Source: an uncultured Candidatus Saccharibacteria bacterium (GTDB lineage: Bacteria > Patescibacteriota > Minisyncoccia > Phycocordibacterales > CAIZLB01). Taken from it: DNA of 64,000 bases. Numbering within the stretch: the first letter of the stretch is position 1; every line of letters starts with the position of its first letter. Positions 19,320 through 28,227 of the stretch are shown here, piece by piece. Under the pieces are notes generated by a model that had not been told where the DNA came from, ran no database searches, and worked only from the letters and a program-made list of their open reading frames with translations. The DNA lies in the NCBI GenBank assembly GCA_964450605.1, contig CAYVEK010000001.1, forward strand, positions 72,430-136,429. The letters are read 5' to 3'. A program made the translations under genes and the position numbers.

Positions 19320-20519
19320 ATGATGACACCTCTACTTATCGCAAATCTCGTTATACTTATAGTTTTTGGCTTAGTACTATATACAAAGCTGTCAAAACCA
19401 AAGACTGAAGACAAGGAAACTACCGAACTCAAAAGAGAAGTAGAGCGTCTCGAATCTGTGATAAAAGATGAGATGTCTCGCAATCGTATGGAGACAAGTA
19501 CGGGTCAAAAAGATCTGCGTACTGAGCTTGGTGGAACATTGACACAAACATTGACACAGTTGACGCAGGCGGTAGAACAAAAACTACAAACACTACAACA
19601 AGATAACTCACAAAAACTAGAACAGATGCGTGAGACTGTTGATGAAAAATTGCATGCAACACTAGAAAAAAGATTTGGTGAATCATTTAAACTGGTATCA
19701 GATAGACTTGATCAGGTTCATAAAGGACTAGGTGAGATGCAGAGTATTGCTGTTGGTGTAGGTGATCTAAAAAAAGTTTTATCAAATGTTAAGACGCGAG
19801 GAACATGGGGTGAAGCCCAGCTTGGAAATCTGATAGAAGAAGTGTTGACACCAGAGCAGTATGAAAAAAATGTTATGACTAAAAAGGGAAGTCGTGATGC
19901 TGTTGAGTATGCTATCAAACTCCCAGGGAGTGATGATGTGTCTCATGTGTGGTTACCGATAGATGCAAAGTTTCCACTCGAAGATTATCAGAAGATAATA
20001 CAGGCCGAAGAAGCTGGTGATGTGCAGGCATTACTGGAACTTAGAAAAGCATTGGAAACTCGTATAAAAGCTGAAGCAAAAGACATTCATACAAAGTACA
20101 TAGATGTTCCGTATACAACAGATTTTGGTGTTTTGTTTGTCCCTATCGAAAGTTTATACGCTGAAGTATTGCGCATACCTGGATTATTTGAAACTATACG
20201 ACGCGAATACAAAGTCATAATAACCGGTCCTACAACTATACAGGCCATACTTAACAGTTTACATATAGGTTTCAGAACACTTGCTATACAAAAACGCTCA
20301 AGTGAGGTTTGGGAGGTTTTGGGCGTTGTTAAAAAAGAGTTTGGTAAGTTTGGTGATTTACTTGAAAAAACTCAAGAGAAACTTGAGCAGGCGGGTAAGA
20401 CTATAGAGGATGCGGTAAAGAAAACTCGAACTATAGAAAAGAAGCTAGGTAAGGTAGGCGATAATCCAGTTCTCGAGGCGGGGGTTTCTCCACAGGAGCT
20501 AGTTGACGGGGTTGAGTAG
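19320..20519 (+). CDS. rmuC: DNA recombination protein RmuC
   Basis: NVKTRGTWGE, LPIDAKFPLEDY, TTDF; start at 19320, 7 nt after TATAAT. Confidence 0.92.
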   Translation: MMTPLLIANLVILIVFGLVLYTKLSKPKTEDKETTELKREVERLESVIKDEMSRNRMETSTGQKDLRTELGGTLTQTLTQLTQAVEQKLQTLQQDNSQKLEQMRETVDEKLHATLEKRFGESFKLVSDRLDQVHKGLGEMQSIAVGVGDLKKVLSNVKTRGTWGEAQLGNLIEEVLTPEQYEKNVMTKKGSRDAVEYAIKLPGSDDVSHVWLPIDAKFPLEDYQKIIQAEEAGDVQALLELRKALETRIKAEAKDIHTKYIDVPYTTDFGVLFVPIESLYAEVLRIPGLFETIRREYKVIITGPTTIQAILNSLHIGFRTLAIQKRSSEVWEVLGVVKKEFGKFGDLLEKTQEKLEQAGKTIEDAVKKTRTIEKKLGKVGDNPVLEAGVSPQELVDGVE

Positions 20520-20545
20520 TGGGTGTAAAGTAAAAGTACACCGTT

Positions 20546-20689
20546 ATGAAGGCACTTTGTTTGCAAAAAGGACGGCCACTCATTATTGAAGGAGTTACAC
20601 CTCGATGGCTTGAGGTGTTGATTCTTGTGGTCGGTTTTATCGGAGCGGTGCTATATGCGATAGTGAAGATTCCCTTCACGACACGCTAA
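20546..20689 (+). CDS. 47-aa single-TM small protein (cassette C; below ORF-track cutoff)
   Basis: MKALCLQKGRPLIIEGVTPRWLEVLILVVGFIGAVLYAIVKIPFTTR; promoter TTGACG(20503)-17bp-TAAAGT(20526); terminator follows. Confidence 0.6.
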   Translation: MKALCLQKGRPLIIEGVTPRWLEVLILVVGFIGAVLYAIVKIPFTTR

Positions 20690-20707
20690 GGCATTGCAAA
20701 GCCATTC

Positions 20708-20748
20708 GGCGGCCCCTCTCCCTCATTTGGGATCTGTGGGCCGTTTTT
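20708..20748 (+). terminator. Terminator-like hairpin (cassette C)
   Basis: GGCGGCCC...TCCC-tcattt-GGGA...GGGCCGTT followed by T tract. Confidence 0.65.
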
Positions 20749-21582
20749 CTATTCTCGTATTTTTACTGAAAACATAGCATCGTCTGCATATTTCAAAGCT
20801 TTTTCATTTATCAAAAACTTCTCTCGAGCTTTTTCAAATGAAAGGTCGGTATCTATAAGTCCTAGATCATAAGCAAACTGATCAGAGTTTGCGGGGAAGA
20901 GTATGGATAGGTTAAGAGGAACTCTGCTCGAAGTTATTTCATTTACATGAGAAACTATATTTGTAGTACAAGTATTTGTAAGAGTGTTATAGAACTCAGG
21001 ATACATTGCCAACTTATTTGTTCTCTCTATCATAGATAAGAAAAGTTTTTTTGATTTTTCTAGATCAGCTTTTACAGGATACACATAAACATTATCTTTT
21101 CTATAGTTCGATCGTAGTTTTACAACATCACGCTCATCCGCGATAACATACATAAGTTCATATTGTCGTAGTAGTCCTTTCAATGCAGAGAAAGATTCTC
21201 CTTTTTCTTTTCGTATTTCTACAGATATAGATACAAAAACATTGTCTTCAAATTCAAAACTCAAAAATGTATGAGCGGCACCTACATATCCTGAAAATGG
21301 TTCAACTACAAAATAAACTTTTTTCAATTTATGTAAATCATATGTTTTGTCATAATAGTTTGGGGTGTATGATGTTGTGGATGCGTAGGTAAAGTTTCTT
21401 ACATTTTTTACATGAATCAGATTTTTATCTATAACAGCAGAAGGTAGTATAGCCTGATCTGTAGACCAGTCTCTATGAACGGACGGTTGTATAAGTATCA
21501 CTAAGGCTGAGTAGAAGATAATAAGCAGGAGTGCAAGTATAAGTACAGTTTTTCCTAAGAGTTTTAGTATTTTTTTAAACAT
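20749..21582 (-). CDS. DUF4105 / Lnb N-terminal-like domain protein
   Basis: NVRNFTY, AHTFLSFEF, SVEIRKEKGE, FYNTLTNTCTTN; start 21582, 7 nt after TATACT. Confidence 0.8.
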   Translation of the reverse strand: MFKKILKLLGKTVLILALLLIIFYSALVILIQPSVHRDWSTDQAILPSAVIDKNLIHVKNVRNFTYASTTSYTPNYYDKTYDLHKLKKVYFVVEPFSGYVGAAHTFLSFEFEDNVFVSISVEIRKEKGESFSALKGLLRQYELMYVIADERDVVKLRSNYRKDNVYVYPVKADLEKSKKLFLSMIERTNKLAMYPEFYNTLTNTCTTNIVSHVNEITSSRVPLNLSILFPANSDQFAYDLGLIDTDLSFEKAREKFLINEKALKYADDAMFSVKIRE

Positions 21583-21627
21583 ACACATAAGTATATCACT
21601 GACCTAAATATATGTTATACTCACCGT

Positions 21628-21930
21628 ATGCAAGATGCTTCCATACAACATGCAAACACATTCTTTATGTTTACAACCGTCGCGGTTGTTATAGGGATTA
21701 TCATTCTTCTTATACTGTTATATATCGCTTTTAAAACTCTTAGATTTTTCAATAAGGTGAGTGACAAGGCATATACCATTTTGGACAAGACGACTCAGGT
21801 GGTGGATGAGGGGTTAAAAGACGGCAGTTCGGTTAAAAAAGGACTATCTTATATACTGCCTATAGCTGCTTTTTTTGCCAAAAAGCGTAAAACCACTCGT
21901 CGAGCAACAGAAAAGACAGGGGGTAGATAA
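21628..21930 (+). CDS. Small membrane protein
   Basis: One TM helix, basic tail, -10 TATACT 6 nt upstream. Confidence 0.7.
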   Translation: MQDASIQHANTFFMFTTVAVVIGIIILLILLYIAFKTLRFFNKVSDKAYTILDKTTQVVDEGLKDGSSVKKGLSYILPIAAFFAKKRKTTRRATEKTGGR

Positions 21931-21948
21931 GTGTGATATACTTACTAC

Positions 21949-22347
21949 ATGAAAACAAATACTAATACACAAACATCTGCTATGCAGAAAGTTGCTATTG
22001 CTACAGGTATAACAGGCCTATTGGTTGCAGCAACTCTCGGAACACATTTTTTGTTTAATACTAAAAAAGGAAAACAAAGTTTGAAGCACATAAAAAGTTG
22101 GGCATTTAAAATGAAAGCAGAGCTTCTTGAAAAACTTGAAAAAGCAAAAGAGATCAATGAAGCAGTATATGCACAGGTTGTTGATGAGCTTACAGAAAAA
22201 TATAAAAAGGTAAAAGGTATGACAGTGGAAGAAGTTCACGAGATGGCACAAGAACTAAAATCACAGTGGAAAAAAGTTCACGCAGAAGTTAAGAAAACTT
22301 TGAAAGAAGGAAATGCAAAACCAAAAAAGAAAACCGCTAAAAAATAA
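21949..22347 (+). CDS. Hypothetical membrane-anchored helical protein (YtxH-like)
   Basis: Hydrophobic N-terminal segment then Lys/Glu-rich helices; leaderless -10. Confidence 0.65.
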   Translation: MKTNTNTQTSAMQKVAIATGITGLLVAATLGTHFLFNTKKGKQSLKHIKSWAFKMKAELLEKLEKAKEINEAVYAQVVDELTEKYKKVKGMTVEEVHEMAQELKSQWKKVHAEVKKTLKEGNAKPKKKTAKK

Positions 22348-23134
22348 TACAACACCACAGACTTCTTGGGGAAAAGTTGCAGAATGGTATGACGAGTACT
22401 TACAAGACGAAGATACGTATCAGGCAAAAGTGATCGCACCAAACCTGATGCGTATTTTACGCATTGAAGAACAGGGTATAGGAACAAAGATACTTGAACT
22501 CGGATGTGGTCAGGGATATTTTGTAGGTAAGATTTACGAGTCTGCAAAACAAGAACTTGAAGTAGAAGGAGTTGACGTGGGAAAAGAACTGCTTGATATT
22601 GCTAAAGATAAAAATCCGAAAGCAGTATTTACACATACGTCAGCTTCACATTTGTCACACATACAAGATCATTCTGTTGATCTCGTATATTCAGTTCTGG
22701 CCCTTCAGAATATGAGTGACTTTGAAACGGTCATACAAGAAGTTAAAAGAGTGTTAAAACCACATGGGCGTTTTGTGGCTGTACTAAATCACCCTGCGTT
22801 TCGTATTCCAAAACAAAGTGACTGGTATTTTTCAAATGAAAGAAAGGCACAAGGTCGAGTTGTCTATACATATATGTCCGCGCAAAAGTTTTCTATAGAT
22901 ATGCATCCAGGTAAGACTGCGGCAGGTGCAAAAAAGCAGGAAACATTTTCATTTCACCAACCTCTTCAGTTTTACGCTAAAGCATTTGCCAAATACAACA
23001 TGGGAATAGCTCGTCTTGAGGAGTGGATTTCTCATAAAACAAGTGAACCGGGTCCAAAAAAGCGAGCTGAGGATGAGGCTCGTAAAGAAATACCGATGTT
23101 TATGTGCCTTGAGATTCGGTCATTTATAGCATAA
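22313..23134 (+). CDS. Class I SAM-dependent methyltransferase
   Basis: ILELGCGQG, GVD, RVLKPHG motifs. Confidence 0.88.
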   Translation: MQNQKRKPLKNNTTPQTSWGKVAEWYDEYLQDEDTYQAKVIAPNLMRILRIEEQGIGTKILELGCGQGYFVGKIYESAKQELEVEGVDVGKELLDIAKDKNPKAVFTHTSASHLSHIQDHSVDLVYSVLALQNMSDFETVIQEVKRVLKPHGRFVAVLNHPAFRIPKQSDWYFSNERKAQGRVVYTYMSAQKFSIDMHPGKTAAGAKKQETFSFHQPLQFYAKAFAKYNMGIARLEEWISHKTSEPGPKKRAEDEARKEIPMFMCLEIRSFIA

Positions 23135-23147
23135 TATAGTCATATAC

Positions 23148-24077
23148 ATGTTTAACCTGTTGCGATACATAGTCATATTTCTCCTTATCATGGCAGGTTT
23201 ATACTGGCTTGATAGTCGGGGTGTGGATGTTGGAGGTATGGTGCGAAATGCTGGTAACAATGTTAAGACCTTTTTCCAAAGCATAAAAGACTCTCCGTCA
23301 CTTGATAAGGATACAATCTTTAAAGATTTAAATAAACAAGACTTTATCGGCGGACTTGGTAGTACAACAGCGACTACAACTAAAAAAAAACTAAATGAAG
23401 TAAAGTCAGATAGTGCTGTAAATTTGAGTGTTGCTGGTATTATTAAATATACAAATATAGAACGTGTAAAATACGGTCTAAAACCTCTAACTGTACAACC
23501 AAAACTTACTCGTTCGGCAGGATTAAAAGCTGATGATATGTTTGATCGACAATATTTCGATCATGTGTCTCCACAAGGTCTTAGTGCTTCTGATTTGGTA
23601 AAAGATGCGGGATATGATTTTGTGTTAGTTGGTGAAAATCTAGCACTGGGTGATTTTGGAACAGATCAAAAACTTGTCCAAGCGTGGATGGATAGTCCAA
23701 AACATAGAGCAAATATTTTAAACCCTAAGTTTACCGAGATAGGCATTGCTGCTGCCAATGGTATGTATAAAGGGGATAAAGAGTGGATTTTTGTACAGCA
23801 TTTTGGAAAACCTCAACCAAATTGTCCGAAGGCAAGTATTACTCTTAAAGATCAGATAGATACTGAGCGTGCTACTCTACAACGAGAGGAAGATCTTCTT
23901 AAAAAAATCGCTTCAGATATTGAAACGAACCCATCAAGTGTAAACCAAACATTTTTGGACACATACAACGCTCGTGTTGCTGTGTATAACAATAAATTAA
24001 CTGCTCTTAAAGAATTGGCTGCTATGTATAACGAGCAGGTTGTTCAGTACAATGCTTGTTTAAATGAAAATAAATAA
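23148..24077 (+). CDS. CAP/SCP domain secreted protein
   Basis: TNIER, YFDHVSP, GENLA, WMDSPKHRANIL. Confidence 0.9.
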   Translation: MFNLLRYIVIFLLIMAGLYWLDSRGVDVGGMVRNAGNNVKTFFQSIKDSPSLDKDTIFKDLNKQDFIGGLGSTTATTTKKKLNEVKSDSAVNLSVAGIIKYTNIERVKYGLKPLTVQPKLTRSAGLKADDMFDRQYFDHVSPQGLSASDLVKDAGYDFVLVGENLALGDFGTDQKLVQAWMDSPKHRANILNPKFTEIGIAAANGMYKGDKEWIFVQHFGKPQPNCPKASITLKDQIDTERATLQREEDLLKKIASDIETNPSSVNQTFLDTYNARVAVYNNKLTALKELAAMYNEQVVQYNACLNENK

Positions 24078-25187
24078 TATACCAAGTGCGTAAGGAACAA
24101 GTCTTCCTGCTCGGAATGCTAGAAGGGCAAATTCGTCTCTTTCTGTAACATGTTTATAGAACATGCTTTCACTTGAGATCTCTATCATACTGCAACCAAC
24201 TCGACTGATAAAAAGAAGAGTTGTAAGTAGAAGGAAACTTGCCTCGATCTCAAGACCTTGTGGTACAAGTGCGGCCGCGATAGTAAAGCAGATCGCGATG
24301 AATATACCCCAGATAAATATTTGCTTATCATTGTGAGTTCTGTCTTCAAGTTTTCCAAAAGGGATTTGCACTAATACAAATGGAGTTGTTATAACTGCGA
24401 GAAGTATTCCGATGTGATTCCATTCAAAGTTATAATACTGATGTAAATATATCGGCAATAAAATACCTGTTGTTCCGTAATATAGATGAAGTGTTGATTG
24501 GGTAATGAAAGAATTTCTATCTAGTTTATCAGCCCAAAAGTTTTTTATTTTCAATCTAAGTGGTACTGGATTTACAGCTACAGGCTCATTTTCATCAACA
24601 GGGTTTTGTATATATGAATATAGAAATAGAAGGAAGGGGAGAAGTAAACTAAAGGCAACTGCGTATGTTATCGACAATGTATCTGTAGTAAGTCCGCTCA
24701 ACAACAGTGGTACAACAACGAACGGTGTATTCCATACTGTCGAATATATACCTCTACCTTTCCCCCTGTCTTGTATATGTGTGTAGTCTTCAAATAGTTT
24801 GTCTAGGTTAAACAGTATGTACGGAGTAAGTATGTGATGTAGTATAAAAATACCAATGTATGTAGGTATTGCGATGTGTGCAGGCAATATCTGCGTTGCT
24901 GTTGCTATATACATTCCTGCTAAACACAACATCTCAATATATGTTGCGATGTATATACGTCCTTTGGTGTGAGTTCGAGTACGTGATGCTCGAGAAAGCA
25001 TGAGATACATACTGATACCAAAGATAGATGATGCTCCGTACACTGTGAGTATTTGTGGAGTACTCAAGTGAAGCATCTCTTTCATGATTGAAGAGTTGGT
25101 GAAAAATACAAAGACATGATGAAGTCCTAAAAAGAACACGCATAGATACAGTGCTGTTTGTATACGAAGTGAAAGGTAACGTTGCAT
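24060..25187 (-). CDS. MFS-type transporter
   Basis: About 11-12 hydrophobic segments, QIPFGKLEDR loop motif; TATAAT 7 nt before ATG. Confidence 0.7.
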   Translation of the reverse strand: MQRYLSLRIQTALYLCVFFLGLHHVFVFFTNSSIMKEMLHLSTPQILTVYGASSIFGISMYLMLSRASRTRTHTKGRIYIATYIEMLCLAGMYIATATQILPAHIAIPTYIGIFILHHILTPYILFNLDKLFEDYTHIQDRGKGRGIYSTVWNTPFVVVPLLLSGLTTDTLSITYAVAFSLLLPFLLFLYSYIQNPVDENEPVAVNPVPLRLKIKNFWADKLDRNSFITQSTLHLYYGTTGILLPIYLHQYYNFEWNHIGILLAVITTPFVLVQIPFGKLEDRTHNDKQIFIWGIFIAICFTIAAALVPQGLEIEASFLLLTTLLFISRVGCSMIEISSESMFYKHVTERDEFALLAFRAGRLVPYALGILFIFI

Positions 25188-25230
25188 GTGAGAAATTATA
25201 ACACGATGTTGGTTTTAAAAAAGAAAAAAG

Positions 25231-25276
25231 AAAAAGCGGTGCGCCGCGGACCTGTGAGGTTCGAGTGCGCACCGCT
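25231..25276 (-). terminator. GC-rich intrinsic terminator (cassette D)
   Basis: AGCGGTGCGC (25235-25244) / GCGCACCGCT (25267-25276) outer stem, inner GGACCT/AGGTTC stem, long A tract on + strand. Confidence 0.8.
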
Positions 25277-25292
25277 CGTGGGATGAAGGAGA

Positions 25293-26000
25293 TTACTTCT
25301 TTTTTTCTACCGGCGTACGGGTCGGTAAGAAGGAGCCGAATGAGGCATTGATCCCAATGACTTCAAATGTCTTGGCGAGACTGAACAAGGCTTCATACCG
25401 TGCCCGCAGTCTTCTGCGGGCAGGTTCATCTTGTTCGGTTTCGGCGGTTCCGAGGTCAGTTCCGGCTACCCGGAGGGTATTTTGAATAGTGTCTTTAAAA
25501 CACTGTACCCAACCTCCGTTGGCAGGTACAAGGTTTAAAAACTTGTGATCTCCATACTTGAGTGTCGTCTCGAGACTGTGGAGAAAATCAGAAGCGATGA
25601 TCAATTTTTTGGTTTTTGACCACTGCTCCGCAACCTCCATTATCGTCTTGCCGGGACGGATTCTTTGAGCCTCGCGGAATCCGACCACAATTCGGACGAT
25701 AAAAAATATCGCTCCGATTAATGCGGCCCCTGCAATCCAGGGCGTGCGAGTCCCCCAGAAGATGTACGTCAAGTACATCATTCCGCAGTAGATTAGGAAA
25801 TTCCAGAGAATTCCGCGGATCTTTTTCTGGTATTTCTGGGTTTTCTGCAGGCACTCCTCCGCAGGGGTGCCGAAGCGGCGGAGCTCCACTTTTTCCTGGT
25901 TTTTACTCCAGGATACAGTGAAGATAATGCTGAGGAACTCCCAGATCATCTGGGAGGCAACTTCGTTGTTATAGTGAGGTTGTTTTTCGGGCGTAGCCAT
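25293..26000 (-). CDS. Orphan two-TM membrane protein (cassette D)
   Basis: GC-richer ORF; ATG at 26000 (MATPEK); two hydrophobic helices. Confidence 0.65.
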   Translation of the reverse strand: MATPEKQPHYNNEVASQMIWEFLSIIFTVSWSKNQEKVELRRFGTPAEECLQKTQKYQKKIRGILWNFLIYCGMMYLTYIFWGTRTPWIAGAALIGAIFFIVRIVVGFREAQRIRPGKTIMEVAEQWSKTKKLIIASDFLHSLETTLKYGDHKFLNLVPANGGWVQCFKDTIQNTLRVAGTDLGTAETEQDEPARRRLRARYEALFSLAKTFEVIGINASFGSFLPTRTPVEKKK

Positions 26001-26027
26001 GGTGGCAGTTGGTTGTGTTGTCAAGGT

Positions 26028-26119
26028 GTGCTTATCAGTTACGAAAAGGGGACATTTCCCACTCAGCTATGCTTCAATCGCATAGATCTAAGCTTTCATT
26101 TCGCGGAGTACAGAAGCAC
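26028..26119 (-). ncRNA. Candidate multi-stem 5' leader RNA of cassette D
   Basis: Nested pairings GTGCTT/AAGCAC, GCGAAA/TTTCGT, GCTTAG/CTGAGT, CTATGC/GCATAG, GGGA/TCCC downstream of promoter TTGACT(26165)-18bp-TATAAT(26141). Confidence 0.5.
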
Positions 26120-26248
26120 GCTGTATGCCATATATATTATATCATATATTATACCACAAAGTCAAGTCCACCCACCCCAACCAACCACCACCCCAAACCC
26201 CTCAAAATCCCTTGCAAAATCTACAAAATATAGTATACTCAGCGTATT

Positions 26249-26479
26249 ATGGTAAATCACATGAGACATACACGAGGTCATACTCGTAACCGCCGAAGTC
26301 ACCATGCTCTAAAGGCCAGTTCTTTAGTATTGTGCTCAAATTGCGGACAGCCAAACGCAAAACATATTCTATGTAAAAATTGCGGATATTTTAAAGGACG
26401 AATGGTTGTTGATAAAACTGCCAAGATTGATAAAAAAGCTGTTAAAGCACAAAAAGCTGAGACTGTAAGTAAGGCGTAG
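26249..26479 (+). CDS. rpmF: 50S ribosomal protein L32
   Basis: RRSHHAL, CxxC..H..CxxCGYF zinc ribbon. Confidence 0.93.
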   Translation: MVNHMRHTRGHTRNRRSHHALKASSLVLCSNCGQPNAKHILCKNCGYFKGRMVVDKTAKIDKKAVKAQKAETVSKA

Positions 26480-26535
26480 TAAAACTATTGTTTTGCAAAG
26501 CCTGATCATTTACAATCACATATAGAAAACAACAT

Positions 26536-27459
26536 ATGGCAAGCCGACATCAATCACGAATACTTGTACTCCAATCTCTTTACGAGATTGACTTTCGTGC
26601 TCTTGACCCAAACAACTTCGATGAAGTGTTGTCACGAAATATAGTTGAATTTTCTCATGATGAACCAGATCTTGAGTATACAAAAAGTCTTCTTGATGGA
26701 ATTCTAAAAAAGAAAGATGAGATAGACGCTATTATCATAAAAGCGGCACCAGACTGGCCTCTTGATAAAATCGCATCTGTTGATAGAAATGTTCTTCGTA
26801 TGGGTTTGTATGAACTTATATATGCAGATAAAAAAGAAGTTCCTTCAAAAGTTGCTATTAACGAAGCGATAGAAGTTGCGAAATTTTTCAGTGGTGAAAC
26901 TTCAGGTAAATTTATAAACGGAGTACTTGGTGCTGTATATAGAGATATATATGGAACTGAAGAAACTAAAAAAGAAGAAGCACCTGCAAAAAAAGTTCGC
27001 AAAGAATTAACACCAGAAGAAAAAGCTGCTCTGCCTGTACAAAATCTCGTTGGAGCTATTGTGTACGCTGTACATGCAGGACAAGTATATCTTGCTCTTG
27101 TTCATGATGTGTTTGGTTTTTGGACTATTGCAAAAGGCAAGTTCTTAGAAGATGTGACTGAAACAGTTGCTGAAGCTTCAAAAAGAAAAGTTCAAGAAGA
27201 GCTTGGTATTGATTCAACATATGTAAAAGATATAGATGCAAGTGAATACGTTGCATCACATCCAGAATTTAAAAAGATACGAAAGCATGTACAGTATGTG
27301 CTTGCAAAAGCAGAGTATGAGCCAGTACTTGCAAAAAAAGAAGGAGGACTTAAAGACGCGGCTTGGTTTAAAGCCGAAGATGTTGCAGGCTTAAATCTCT
27401 ACGATGATATGAAACCTATATTAGAAAAATCTATAGCAGAAATTAAAAAAGATATATGA
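26536..27459 (+). CDS. nusB: Transcription antitermination factor NusB fused to a C-terminal Nudix domain
   Basis: DRNVLR, VAINEAIEVAK, KFINGVLG then WTIAKG..E...RKVQEELGI Nudix-like box. Confidence 0.9.
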   Translation: MASRHQSRILVLQSLYEIDFRALDPNNFDEVLSRNIVEFSHDEPDLEYTKSLLDGILKKKDEIDAIIIKAAPDWPLDKIASVDRNVLRMGLYELIYADKKEVPSKVAINEAIEVAKFFSGETSGKFINGVLGAVYRDIYGTEETKKEEAPAKKVRKELTPEEKAALPVQNLVGAIVYAVHAGQVYLALVHDVFGFWTIAKGKFLEDVTETVAEASKRKVQEELGIDSTYVKDIDASEYVASHPEFKKIRKHVQYVLAKAEYEPVLAKKEGGLKDAAWFKAEDVAGLNLYDDMKPILEKSIAEIKKDI

Positions 27460-28157
27460 TAAAAACAGAGCAGTTCGCACAAGTGGCAAAAAAGTTGGAA
27501 ATTCAGTTTACTGATTTACACCTTTTAGCGCGCGCGTTCACTCACCGTTCATTTTTAAATGAACACAGAAACTCAGGGTTGGAACATAACGAACGATTAG
27601 AATTTTTAGGAGACGCGGTTCTTGAACTTGTGGTGACAGATTTTTTGTATAAAAATTATCCTAAAAAACCAGAAGGAGAGATGACTGCTCTACGATCAGC
27701 TCTTGTAAATGCTCAAACTCTATCAGAAGTTGCATTACAACTCGGACTAAATGAACATCTTCTTCTCTCAAAAGGTGAAGCTAAAGACACAGGGCGAGCA
27801 CGACAGTATATACTTGCTAACACAATCGAAGCTTTGATTGGAGCTATATATCTTGATCAAGGGTATTCTGCTGCACAGCAGTTTATAGACAAGCATGTAC
27901 ACTCTCTAATACAGGATGTGATCGAACAAAAAAAGTTTATCGATGCTAAAAGTAAGTTCCAAGAGATGGCACAGGAACATGTCGGTGCAACTCCTCGTTA
28001 TGAACTTATAAAAGAAGCGGGTCCTGATCATGACAAGATCTTTACGGTTGGTGTGTATCTGGGAGATACACAGATCGCACACGGTGAAGGCAAGTCAAAA
28101 CAAGAGGCGGAGACTCAAGCAGCTCTCAAAGCTCTGCATACTAAGAAGTGGGCATAG
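27456..28157 (+). CDS. rnc: Ribonuclease III
   Basis: NERLEFLGDAVL signature and dsRBD. Confidence 0.97.
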   Translation: MIKTEQFAQVAKKLEIQFTDLHLLARAFTHRSFLNEHRNSGLEHNERLEFLGDAVLELVVTDFLYKNYPKKPEGEMTALRSALVNAQTLSEVALQLGLNEHLLLSKGEAKDTGRARQYILANTIEALIGAIYLDQGYSAAQQFIDKHVHSLIQDVIEQKKFIDAKSKFQEMAQEHVGATPRYELIKEAGPDHDKIFTVGVYLGDTQIAHGEGKSKQEAETQAALKALHTKKWA

Positions 28158-28227
28158 ATATCTTGACCAAGATTGTTCGATATGGTGTGCTTGCGTCTCG
28201 TAAGATTTTATGATATAATCAACTGCA

